Shown: positions 38,026 through 48,747, numbered from the stretch's first letter. The stretch: DNA of 64,000 bases from Macrostomum lignano (GCA_002269645.1 NIVC01001525.1:186001-250000); one strand, 5' to 3'. The notes: generated from the sequence alone by a model not told the origin. Translations and numbers: made by a program.

Positions 38026-38877
38026 ATGGAAGCCATAGCCGAAAGACTAAACAACATTGTTTCACACTCCAAGGAGAGCATTCCTATTACAATAACTGGG
38101 CGAATTAATGACTCAAACGGGATGTTTGTTGAAATCCAGGATTTGGATCCAGGCGCTAATTACCATGTCTATCTTAACGACTTCACTGGTTGGTCAAACG
38201 TTCCCAATGTGATGGCAGCAAATAATAAGTTTTATTACAAATGGAAAGGTGCAGCAGCAGACCCTGTGGTATTCCATGTGAGCACGCAAAGTGTGGATAC
38301 CTACAATAACTTTCTAGAAAATGTCTTTACTAAGAGAGGCCATTTTGAGACACCTGATGCGAGTAAGCCAGAGAAGAAACTGTTCCCTGTCAAACTAACC
38401 TATGATCTCACTGTAATGAGAGTGGTCATGCAAGTTCACAAAGATGCGGAGGTTGAGTTTAAAGATGACACTTGGTATAGGGAACTGGGATTCGAGAAGA
38501 AAGTTTATAAGGCAGAATCCGCGGCGCGGACCGCCACTCAAGCATCGGGGACCGTTAAAATGGTCCGGGAAAGTGTAAGCGGTTTGTTCTTAGCACCCAA
38601 TATTGCAGACATTGTAAAGGGTTTGAATATTCTAATCAGAAGCAATCTCAGTCTTGATTGGGTATTTAAGGGAAAGCGAACGAATATTTTGTACAACATC
38701 TCCAACTCTGTTGCTGGAGGACAGATGGTGGTAGAGAAACCAAATCCAGTGAAAAGAGTTGTATTGAGTAATAAGGAGATTCACGAGATTGTGCTACAGT
38801 TTGAGACTGAAGATGGGGTGGGTGTTGATTTCAACGGTGAAGAGTTTGTGTTGACGTTGATCATTGAGAGAATGTGA
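38026..38877 (+). CDS. Minor capsid (penton-like) protein
   Basis: Located after the MCP; C-terminal ILIRSNL...ILYNI...GQMVVEKPNPVKRV...IVLQFETEDG.VDFNGEEFVLTLII pattern. Confidence 0.75.
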   Translation: MEAIAERLNNIVSHSKESIPITITGRINDSNGMFVEIQDLDPGANYHVYLNDFTGWSNVPNVMAANNKFYYKWKGAAADPVVFHVSTQSVDTYNNFLENVFTKRGHFETPDASKPEKKLFPVKLTYDLTVMRVVMQVHKDAEVEFKDDTWYRELGFEKKVYKAESAARTATQASGTVKMVRESVSGLFLAPNIADIVKGLNILIRSNLSLDWVFKGKRTNILYNISNSVAGGQMVVEKPNPVKRVVLSNKEIHEIVLQFETEDGVGVDFNGEEFVLTLIIERM

Positions 38878-39498
38878 GAAAATGTGTTCCCTTTTAAGTA
38901 CGCTTGCCGAGAATAGAGTGGTATGAAAAAATGCGCGCATGTGTACTCAAAATCTCTTACCCCATTCTGACAGTTTGTGGGCGTGGGCGTCGCGTGTGTG
39001 GGGGAGAGGGGAGTGTATGTGTGTGGGCGCAGCGCGCGTTGGGGAGAGAGATTTTCACTTTAACTGAGCCCAGCCGAGGAAGAATTTCCTTGATTGATAT
39101 TGGCCTTCGCTTCTCTTCTCTCCACACAAGTGTACAGTCTTGAGCACACTGGTTTCGGCTACAATTTCTCTTTCCACCATGCCCTTCTCCTTCATACTCC
39201 TCACCTCGCGCTATGCTCTGTGTACAGAGAAGTCTCACGCCTCATGCTCTATCGTACACTGAGCTATATCGATTGTTTTTCCCTGCTTGACTCCAAGATT
39301 GTACAGTCTAGAATTTTCTGGAATTTTCTAGCTGTATAGCTGTATTTAAGCAAATGCAGAAACACTCGGGTTGATTCTCCCCGCATATGCCATCAACTGC
39401 GACTGAGAAACGACGACTGCAGGAACTTAAGCACGCTGAAAGTGATCTAAGAAATAGTCCGCCAAACTAGAAGATTAGAAGACAAGAAGATTTAGAAA

Positions 39499-40176
39499 AT
39501 GGAAGTCGAGTGGAAGCTTCATTTGACAGATAAGCAAGGCCTTTGTGCCATGCTACAAAGAGTTTTACAGGATATTCCGTCACATCTACAAGCAAGAAGA
39601 AGAGAGGAACTAACCACCTTTTTCGGTCTAGAAACTGGCGACCTACCAATCGAGTTTTTCGCCATGGCCCCTGATGATATCGCCGCAGCGAATGAAGCGC
39701 AAAATGTGAGTAGCGAAGAGAAGAAGGCGGCGGCTCTGCAGAAGAAGATGGCGGATCTGCAGATATTCAGGGAGAAGTTGTACGCATCCCGCGTAACACT
39801 AGCTGATCAGCTGATGGACGCTGTTGATCACCAGCTTCCATCTGGCGAGCAGAACATCATCACTAGGGTGAAGGCGGCTCTAGCAAAATACAAGAAGACT
39901 CAAATTGGAGGTCTACATTGGATTCTCGAAGTTGGGCGGCTGCTAAAAACTTATCGCAACGAGAACTTTGGACAAGATGTTAAAGTGCGGTTCGCCCATT
40001 TGTGTAAAAATGTAAACATCCAGGAATCAACTGGCTATTTGTACATTCGTCTGTACAAACTGTCTGTTACCCACCCAGGCTTGAGACAGGTGTCAATGCC
40101 AATTAGGGAACTAAACTCTAAGATGAAGTTTCTAGAAGAAATTTTGGCCAGTGATCCTGCGTGGAAAGTTGTGTAA
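39499..40176 (+). CDS. Uncharacterised 225-aa Polinton accessory protein
   Basis: Intact ATG ORF; the helical C-terminal half is weakly DUF3102-like by eye. Confidence 0.55.
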   Translation: MEVEWKLHLTDKQGLCAMLQRVLQDIPSHLQARRREELTTFFGLETGDLPIEFFAMAPDDIAAANEAQNVSSEEKKAAALQKKMADLQIFREKLYASRVTLADQLMDAVDHQLPSGEQNIITRVKAALAKYKKTQIGGLHWILEVGRLLKTYRNENFGQDVKVRFAHLCKNVNIQESTGYLYIRLYKLSVTHPGLRQVSMPIRELNSKMKFLEEILASDPAWKVV

Positions 40177-40199
40177 TTTTTAAATTCAGTTCATTTAGA

Positions 40200-40790
40200 A
40201 TTTTTCTAACGCGTTAGAATTTCAAAGAGAAGATTCAACAACTGGAGACAGCCGATTGGTTAAGTAGAGGAGGGTAGCAATTTTCTCAGTACTGTGTGCA
40301 ACTCAGTCGGTGGGTTTTAAATTCTAAAGCTGTTAGAAATTTCTATGTGAAAAGTTTCCCGCAAGATAAGCTTGGGCACACCAAATTTTCACATAGAAAA
40401 TTCTAACGCGTTAGAGAATCTAGCTGCTGGCTCAAAGGAACGCTAGGCTGGCTCTGTATGGTTAAATAGAGGGGGGGTAGAAATTTTCTAACGCCGTTAG
40501 AATTTTCTATGTGAAAAGCTTCCCGCATGATAAGCTTGGCACACCAAATTTTCACATAGAAAATTCTAACGCGTTAGAGAATCTAGCTGCTGGCTCAAAG
40601 GAACGCTAGGCTGGCTCTGTATGGTTAAATAGAGGGGGGTAGAAATTTTCTAACGCCGTTAGAATTTTCTATGTGAAAAGCTTCCCGCATGATAAGCTTG
40701 GCACACCAAATTTTCACATAGAAAATTCTAACGGCGTTAGAGAATCTAGCTGCTGGCTCAAAGGAACGCTAGGCTGGCTCTGTATGTTGT
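40200..40790. repeat. About 162-bp tandem palindromic repeats (3 full units plus a degenerate one)
   Basis: GAAAATTCTAAC recurs at 40396, 40559 and 40721; 23-bp inverted arms CGTTAGAATTTTCTATGTGAAAA / TTTTCACATAGAAAATTCTAACG. Confidence 0.9.
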
Positions 40791-40956
40791 TGAAGAATTC
40801 TAACTCAGATCCTACATAGTGTCTGTTTTTTCTACCATTTTTGATAATCTTGTAATAGTTGATACATATCCTATCAGCTGTGCAACCGTTAATAAATATA
40901 TAATTCTTACTAATGAATGATAAAATTATTTACATTTTTTCAATGGGTAAGGACCT

Positions 40957-41299
40957 TGCGCTGATGATTTAAAGTCTTAGGGATCTGGTAGCACGTTGTG
41001 GATTGAATGTGGGGAGAAGAATGCAGATTTTTTTCTGATTGTTTCGAAGATGCTATGGGTGGATTTGGAGCTGTTATGCTCAGAGCATAAACCCTCAGAG
41101 CATAACAGTAGGACACCTGTTATGCTCTGATTCTGTCAGGGATAATATGGATGGATTTAATGGGATTATGGAGGACGTTTTGTGAGCGAGTGCGACCCCC
41201 CTTTTTTTCTGATTCTGTCAGGGATAATATGGATGGATTTAATGGGATTATGGAGGACGTGAAAAATTTTGTCCCAGAAGCCCCCTCATGCCTTCTACT
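40957..41299 (-). repeat. Right terminal inverted repeat (343 bp including an 82-bp extra segment)
   Basis: Matches the left TIR; a 52-bp duplication (41127-41178, 41209-41260) flanks 30 unique nt. Confidence 0.95.
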
Positions 41300-41320
41300 A
41301 AAACAAAAACGAAATAAAAT

Positions 41321-42375
41321 ATGAGCCTACTGCAATCTTTAGATATTCGGCAAAGCGTGCTCGCCCTGTGCGATATTCTCGGATCTTCTCAGTCAAAGCG
41401 TAACAAAATAGCCAGACCTGTCGAGGCGTGCCCAATTCTGAGACTCACACCGCCAACGACTTCCGACAGCCAAGACGCCAACTGTGAGATCTTGATTGCC
41501 AGTCTGGAAGCTGAGGATTCTGAAGACACGACCGGATCGAATCAAACTCCATATGCCGTGGTGTCTTCATTGCACTCGGTAAAAGTCACCTTCACGGGCT
41601 TACCGAATTTAAGCGAGCGATTCAGTGCAACTTTTCCCCCAGTGCTCAGTGATCTGTGCAGACTTGTATCGCAACTGATTAAAGTGACTGGAGTCCAGCA
41701 GCTCAGGATTCAAGTCGATCCAAGCACTGCTGACCGAATACTCAAATCATCAGTCCAACCGCAGCTGCTTGATGACGTTTCAATCAGGCATTTCCTGTCA
41801 TCCGCTTTTGTGTTCTGCCATCTACTGAGGGTCCTGGGAGAAACCCGTCTCGAGTCACTTTTGAACCTGAATGCTGGCGATGCGCTGGTGACGATCGGAG
41901 ATCAGCCCCAATGCTCGATGAGAGTCGCTGTGAGTTCCTGCTTAAACGGAGAAGATGGAGCAGTCAATGAAGAGTTGGAGCATTGCATCGCTGAGAGCTC
42001 AAAGCGTTCTACGCCAGTTTATCTGTGCATTCTGTTCAACGAGATCAGGACCTGCAAATGGTACCTGAGGACCAGAAAAGAAGTTGAATGTCAACGTAAG
42101 CGGTTGCCCAACCATGACGTGACTCGAATTCGAGTGGAATCGGATTCTGGCCTGAAAATCCGAGTTATTCTATTCGATGTTCAACAAGGAGAATGCTATC
42201 AGGACACAGGAGCTCTGCCAGCGGAACAGGTACTAAGCGAGTTCAGCGATGACCAGTTTCTGTGTGCTGCGGTTTCCAAGTGTGAGCAGCTGGCTCAGGA
42301 GCACTCGTTTCAGCTGGAGTGCTTCACGGTGCCCTGCCGAAACACCGCTCACATGCTGCAGGCAGCAGCAAAAGT
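41321..42375 (+). CDS. Large first coding exon of unknown domain, probably the N-terminus of the ankyrin-cGLR gene
   Basis: 352-aa ORF with donor GTAAGA at 42376 (phase 2), compatible with the 42460-42508 exon. Confidence 0.6.
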
Positions 42376-42459
42376 GTAAGACAGTTTTAAAAGTGCGCAA
42401 TGTCAGTTTATGTTAGTGGTGACAAAATGAACTTATATGGAATTTGCGTCACATTTCAG

Positions 42460-42508
42460 AGCTCAGGAAGCCCAAAAGCAGAGTGCTGAGGCAGCATCGC
42501 CAGCACAT
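42460..42508 (+). CDS. 49-nt linker exon
   Basis: tttcag acceptor and GTAAGT donor; phase 2 to phase 0, open (AQEAQKQSAEAASPAH). Confidence 0.55.
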
Positions 42509-42636
42509 GTAAGTGGTCACAGAACAGCACAATGCTGTTGCATGTAATTGTCATGAGGGGCTTTCAGGACGCAATTTTCAACTTTCCAGAAGTGGGAGGT
42601 CGATTTGAGAAAGTCCTCCAGCTAGGTACCCTTAAA

Positions 42637-43439
42637 TGTTACGGTACGGTGTAATCTACCAATAATCTACTTGTACAAGAAATACACAATAAAATATCTT
42701 TCTGAACGCTTGCAAGAAAACAGTAGCAGAATCAATTTTTTACGAGTAACTCAAGCAAATTTATTTAAATTCCTAATTTACTGTCATAATCATTACAATT
42801 ACTGTATGCTTTGAAACTACATCTACTCGAACGTACGGTAGGTACCCTTCTGACGTCTCCCTCTAATCGAGCTGAGTCGGCGTCAGGACACACGGACTCT
42901 CTTTCCCCTCTATGCAACCGAAAGAAAGAAGGCAGAGTGCGCACTTACTCAGCTGGCGGCTGTCGCTTAGGGATGGTGCAGTAGGTGGCCTTTTTGGTAT
43001 ATTTCCTTTTCAGGTAGTACGACCGTAACTTCGGCTGTACTAGGTATAGCGCTGACGGAATGCAGGGTTCTAAGAGAGGGGGTAGCCGGGCCACGCACCG
43101 CTCCAACCCGCCGCGAGCGATGCTAAATAGCACACGCCCACGGAGGGGGGAGGGCCACGCGCTCTCCACCCCACTACCCACTACCCCACCAACCCCGCAG
43201 TCACCCCCCCCCGGGGACGGCAGCACCAAGCCCGCCGCCGGCTCAGCCAATCACTACACGACTGGGCTGGCCGCGACCAATCGCACGCGAGGCGAGCGAA
43301 CAAATACCAAAAGACCAAACCGACTTCAGCCTCTAACTGCGGCATACGCAAGGGGGGGGATAACAAAAAATAGTTGAGGGGTGACTCAGCCCGCTGGGAG
43401 GCTAGGTGCACTGGCACTGTGAAAGTGCACAGCGCAACA
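42637..43439 (-). mobile_element. Solo-LTR-like sequence in an intron
   Basis: Ends TGTTACG...CGCAACA (6/7 inverted match); CCAAT and TGACTCA motifs inside; no TSD found. Confidence 0.45.
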
Positions 43440-44048
43440 TCTACGAGTAGTAAGCTTCGAGCGCCTGATAAATGTATTCGGTGCGATAATTTCCCGAACT
43501 CTTGCATGACTGGGTGCATGCCTTCTTACAAAGATACCTAAATTTTAAATAAGGCTCATGCTGTTTACAATAGAAGCCTGGATAGACGACAGGAAATATT
43601 TTTGTTCCTATTTTTTGTAATGTTGTTCTCAAAGTGATTCATTGATACGCGCGTAGATTAAGTAAGTAAGCATACAAAATTACGAGCTATGAAGTTAGAA
43701 GATATTCAAAGTAAGTCGGCCCATCATTCTTTATTTTAATAGGAACATTACAGATTCTGTCCTGTCCTGAAACTCCCTCATGAAAACTAATATTAATAAA
43801 AATTTTGCCATACAGCCAGTTAAGATAATAACATTAATTTGATAAAAATATGGTACACAATAATCTTTGCAGACTCCCGGAGCTCCACATTAATATTAAG
43901 GTTAATTTCCACACGAGGCCAGAACTCTTGCATATAGCTCGAATTTTAAATGAGGCTCGTGCTGAAAACTGCTAGCCATAATAATTTTACCATAGCCAGT
44001 TAAAGTACAAAAATTTGATATAAATATGCTTCACAATAAACTTTACAG

Positions 44049-44656
44049 ACTCCCGGAGCTCTGCATCATCTCGCAGCCACCGGAGATGCATCACTGCTCG
44101 CTCAAATCCTTGAAGCCGATCCGTCAGTACTGCAAGACCCACACAAATCGTTTCCTCATCGCACGGCCCTTCTCTGTGCCGCAGCAGCCTCAGTCGCGGA
44201 CTTCTCTCAAGGCTCCGAGGCTCATGCCGAGTGTTTCGAAATCCTCATCAGCAGAGGAGCTGATCCGCAAGCTGCGGACAGCCGGAAGCACTCTGTCTGG
44301 CACTGCGCCATACTCTCACACAACATTCCTCTGCTAAACACTTTGCTGGCGAACCACAGGGCAGACATCAACAGCGCAGATGGAAGCTGCAAGACGCCGT
44401 TGCTGCTGGCAGTAGAAGAGGAGAATGCTCCGGTAGCAGAGATGTTGTTGGACAACGGGGCCAACTCTCAGCTCACTGACAAGGCCGGTCAGTCTGCCCT
44501 GACCATGGCTGTTTCTGCTGGAAACCTGGAGCTGGTGAAGACTGTTCTGAAGCATGAGCCGGAGATTCTGCGTGACAGCGGTGCTGAGAAATACGCCAGC
44601 ATCTACTGGTCTGCGTGGAAGCAGGGCTACGAAGACATCTGCTTGCATCTTCTGCA
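44049..44656 (+). CDS. Ankyrin-repeat exon
   Basis: Open from the ctttacag acceptor to the GTGAGT donor: ALHHLAATGD..., RTALLCAA, KTPLLLAVEEEN, QSALTMAVSAGN. Confidence 0.85.
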
Positions 44657-44714
44657 GTGAGTAGAAATACCTGAAATAATCAGGCATAATAGTAAGACAA
44701 AACTCAATATTATT

Positions 44715-44752
44715 TGCGACGCGTTTCGGCTAAAACTAGCCATCTTCAGGCA
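44715..44752 (-). ncRNA. Hammerhead ribozyme motif (inverted copy)
   Basis: Reverse complement of 45318-45355. Confidence 0.7.
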
Positions 44753-45117
44753 CTATCGAACAGAATTTATTTCAACTTATTAAATACTGTGTAGACGACA
44801 AAATCAGGTATTGAAAAGATATAAAAGGACTAAAGGATCAATGTACAGTATAGCAATTTTCATAATATTTGTTTGTGGAAACACGAAACTCTCCGATTCA
44901 GGAACATTTGCTGCAATGCCATGGTTGTTGTGATGAGCCAGACATAACCTCTCATTTCAAGGTCATAGACAACAGCAAAAATGAGCATAAACTTAACATT
45001 CTTGAAGCTCTGCACATTAAGTTACACAAACCCATTCTCAATGTCCAACTATCTGGAGGAGGTGCGAGTGAACGGCTGTTGGTGTTCTAAGCTAGAGTAC
45101 ATTTGGGGCGCATACGC

Positions 45118-45176
<59 letters not shown>

Positions 45177-45317
45177 CTCTGTCCTGTCATTCCACAAACA
45201 AATATTATGAACATTGCTATACTGTACATTGATCCTTTAGTCCTTTTATATCTTTTCAATACCTGATTTTGTCGTCTACACAGTATTTAATAAGTTGAAA
45301 TAAATTCTGTTCGATAG

Positions 45318-45355
45318 TGCCTGAAGATGGCTAGTTTTAGCCGAAACGCGTCGCA
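45318..45355 (+). ncRNA. Minimal hammerhead ribozyme motif
   Basis: tgc-CTGAAGA-t-GGCTA(gttt)TAGCC-GAAAC-gc-GTC-gca: conserved core, stem II, and a minimal palindromic stem III (ACGCGT), as known from Penelope pLTRs. Confidence 0.75.
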
Positions 45356-45459
45356 AATAATATTGAGTTTTGTCTTACTATTATCTGTTAAGAGTGCTTC
45401 TCTACCGCAATCAGGCATAAGGTCTGCGAGCCAAAATACATGTAAACCTACGAGTACAA

Positions 45460-45772
45460 GGGGCACAGCAGCTCAGCAATAACCGCGTCTGACTCTCATG
45501 CCACGGCCCTGGTTTGATTCGCGAGGCCACATTCATGTGGGCCTCGTGCACGAATAGTTGGTCTGGGAGTTGCCGTGCGATTCACAGCCATAAGGGCCGA
45601 CCCCCAGGGCACAGAGAGTTTACATGTCTTACGATTGGGAAGTCAAGGCCGCTGTACACCTGTGTGAGCGTGTGTATGAGTGCGTGCCTGCGTACAGTAT
45701 TGGCATGCTCTCAGGAGTCAGCGGAATGGGCAGAATTGCCGTCAGCGCTGGTTGCTGAGATGGTGCCTGGCA
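45460..45772 (+). mobile_element. Diverged tRNA-derived SINE-like element
   Basis: tRNA-like head (AGCAGCTCAGC...GGTTTGATTC); central block GGCCGCTGTACACCTGTGTGAG...GAGTCAGCGGAATGGGCAG shared with the SINE at 45970. Confidence 0.55.
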
Positions 45773-45969
45773 TTGTACTCGTAATTATACTTTTTCCCAG
45801 ACGCAATAACAAAATATTTTGGCCATTATTCCACAGTTTTATGTGTACCATGGACATTTGGAGTGAAAAAATCCATCGCACAATATTTTTGTTAATGAAT
45901 ACAGAACAGCAAGGAGTAAATGAACAAGAAGGAAAAAAATCATTAAAACTAAAGTACCAGCTACACGAA

Positions 45970-46312
45970 GGGGGGCCGCAGCCCAGCGGTCCAGCCAGCG
46001 ACCCAGGCTCGATTCCAAGTGCAGTCACATTAATTTAGGGCTGAATTGGAATCTCGGCTTGGCTCTGCTCGTGCAATTAACGGCCTTGAGAGCCAACCCC
46101 CAAGGCGCAGTGAAGTGTACATGCCTAACGATAAAATAAAGTTAGGGCCCCTGTACACTCCTGTGTGAGGGTGTGCCTGCTTACGTATCCGCGCGCTTGT
46201 GTGCCTACTCAGGGGAGTCGGCGGAATGGGCAGTAATGCCTCTCGCCGGTTGTGTGCCTATGTCGCTTAAAGTGCGCCAGGGTGCACACAACCCCCCTGC
46301 CTCTAATAAAAA
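45970..46312 (+). mobile_element. tRNA-derived SINE, full copy
   Basis: 14-bp TSD ACCAGCTACACGAA (45956-45969, 46313-46326); B-box-like GGCTCGATTCC; A-rich tail. Confidence 0.85.
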
Positions 46313-47538
46313 ACCAGCTACACGAAAAGAGTTCATAATAAATGTCACAGCTAGTGCAGTTTATCAGCTTGTAGTCGAAATTTGACAATGTAAAAATCAA
46401 TTTGTCACCCAAGGCCAAAGTGAAACATGCAGTTCTCAAAGCCGCAGTTCCCAAAGATGCTCGACACTTTAGTTTGATGATTTGGCACTGCAAAAGGAGT
46501 TGGTCTATTTTGAATGTTTAATATAAACGAGAAATACAGGTGCTCAAGTATAGTTGCCGAAATTACCATTTAAAAGATGCACGTCTTGGCTTGCGACTGA
46601 CGAACTTCGTCTGATGAGCTTCTTTCGCCACGGTATCCAAGCTGGGATTCTTTGGGACTGTCGCTGCTCGACTGAATTAATTGGCCGCTTTGAGGCATCG
46701 CTTATAGCCGTCGAGGCGTTGAAGACTGCATGGTCGCGTTTTCTTCTTAGGTAGCGCCGCACGGTTCGCTCAGTGGTCGACAGGAAGTTTTTTCCAATTA
46801 ATAAGCGCTGCTGTTTGACGAGATGCACCAGCCATAGTTGCTTGACAAGACAAATAGCTTTTTCTCGCACTACCCGCTTTCCTGATTTCTTGCAAGAGGC
46901 AAGCTAAATCAGCACTCATCACAATGTTTGATTGTATAGAATGCAACTGAGTTGAATAATGGCCAATCAATTAAATTGCATACTATACAAGTGCATTGTA
47001 TTTATACTTTCACTCAGCGCGCAGTCATTATTCCACACTTGTGAGGCCATCATTCCACACTTTTTGTCGCAGTCATTATTCATTATTCCACACTTTTTTA
47101 TCATGCTTCAATTGGCTGTTTTAAGAGTTATTTCACCCATAGACAACTGAGTTTTGTGTCTTAGTTTGCCCATAGACAACATTGCGCTAGGGTACGAAAG
47201 CCCTATTCAAAATACTTTTAAAAATGCTTAACAACATCTATTTAGCGTCAATACAATAAAATGACGACTGGGTGAAATAACTGGTAACTAGATCAGGTAT
47301 TTTGGCCACTTTAATTAGATACCCATTTAAAATATTTAATAGTTTGATACAATCAAATATACTTCGTATTCTTGCCATTTAGCACCCTTCAAAACAGAAT
47401 TATGGTTTAAACAAAACATTTCAGAGAGAAATTTGAATTGAACGAGCACTCCATTACGGTAAGAAAACATTTCTGTTGCCGAGAAAGCGAATAAAAACCA
47501 CAGATGGTCATCTAAAAATTTGCCATAAAATTTTTTAG

Positions 47539-47939
47539 GAAGCCAAGAAGCTGAACTGCCTCATCAGCCAAGCTAGGCAGAAGGAATTTACAAAAGCCGT
47601 CAGCAAAGAGAACTGCAACTGGAGAGACTGGGAGGGAAGAACTCCTCTCCAGGTGGCTTCCAGTGGAGGCTTGCGACCGTCTAGAAAATGTCACCTCAAG
47701 TGCGCAGAGCTGCTGCTCCAGCTGGGTGCGGATCTCAACGCTGCGGATCTGGAGGGAAATACGCCTCTGCACTTGGCTGCTGCTGCTGGCAACACGGAAG
47801 TCGTTGAGCTTTTCCTCAGATACGGTGCATCCCGCGATAAGAGGAACTTTTCGGATGCCACTCCGCTGAATGCGGCAGAGAGCAAAGGACACTCGGAAGT
47901 GGTCGCAGTGCTGGCAAGGGCGGAGACACCAAGCGTGAG
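47539..47939 (+). CDS. Ankyrin-repeat exon (acceptor uncertain: 47539 phase 0 or 47568 phase 2)
   Basis: [30 protein letters not shown] and [13 protein letters not shown]; donor GTGAGA at 47940 (phase 2). Confidence 0.85.
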
Positions 47940-48469
47940 GTGAGATGAAATTTTTGTTAATATAGTTTAGAATATGTTCTGATGGACAACTATCGGCTGT
48001 TAGGTTTTAAGATAAAAATCAGGTTGTTAAACACTTGAAAATCAATTCTAAGCTAGCTGTCTCTGATCAATAAGGAACTGCAGGGCCTGTTCTGTCCAAC
48101 TTCTCTCCAAATTACAGTATTTTCCAAGCTTTAGAATTGTATACACTATCCATCACTGCACATCGCACTTATTTGTGAAAGTTGCGGATCGAACCCAAGT
48201 TTCTGGAAGTTGAGCGTAGGGTTTTGCTCCAAACTCCCTAAATCTTAAAAGAGGGAAAATGCTGGCTAGCAATGAAGACTGCAACAATTTTTTCCGGCAT
48301 TCGCACTTGACTGACTGCTTCGCTTCATTTCCATGTGCTTCCTCCAGTTTTCCACTTTCTGTCAAAATGCCTGCATTTCACAAGCGAACTTTGGAAATGG
48401 CTAATGATGTGTACCAACTTGCATGTACCAACTTCACTTCCTCACCTCGCTTTCATTCACGCATTCCAG

Positions 48470-48511
48470 AAAACAACAGCACACCCACACAACCGCTCAA
48501 AACCGCTCAAT
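48470..48511 (+). CDS. 42-nt phase-2 mini-exon, paralog of 50013-50054
   Basis: cattccag acceptor and GTGAGT donor; open frame linking 47939 to 48748. Confidence 0.55.
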
Positions 48512-48747
48512 GTGAGTCTCATTCTCCTTGGCCCACTCTGCAAATATGCACTGTGATCTGTCACTCTGGACCGGGACCGCCCTTTTTCTCCCTCCTTCTT
48601 TCTCCCTTTTTCTTTCTCCCTCCCTCCACTCATTCTCCCTTCCGTCTCGCTGTCCTCTTTTTCCCTCCGCTCTTTCTCCTTTTCGCCTTAGTGCCTTTCT
48701 CCTTTTTTTCTCACTTTTAATTTTTTTTCATCCATACCGCTCTTCAG

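Larger units (their letters stand above)
27257..41299. mobile_element. Polinton/Maverick (adintovirus-like) element, 14,043 bp
   Basis: Termini AGTAG...CTACT; 6-bp TSD AAAACA (27251-27256, 41300-41305); long TIRs; integrase, pPolB, protease, ATPase, major and minor capsid genes. Confidence 0.96.
44690..45408 (+). mobile_element. 5'-truncated Penelope-like element with an inverted pLTR
   Basis: GIY-YIG C-terminus (EHL..H..F.VID..LNILEALHIKLHKPILNVQ, 44881-45090); 195-bp inverted repeat 44686-44880 / 45190-45384; 12-bp TSD AATCAGGCATAA (44678-44689, 45409-45420). Confidence 0.88.

Noticed and set aside
46544-46970. Tc1-like transposase fragment (TERTVRRYLRR)
   Set aside because: Only a short HTH-like phrase; no DDE domain or TIRs found.
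47127-47281. 12-bp inverted repeat GTTATTTCACCC/GGGTGAAATAAC as a MITE
   Set aside because: Too short, no TSD, and a single copy in the window.
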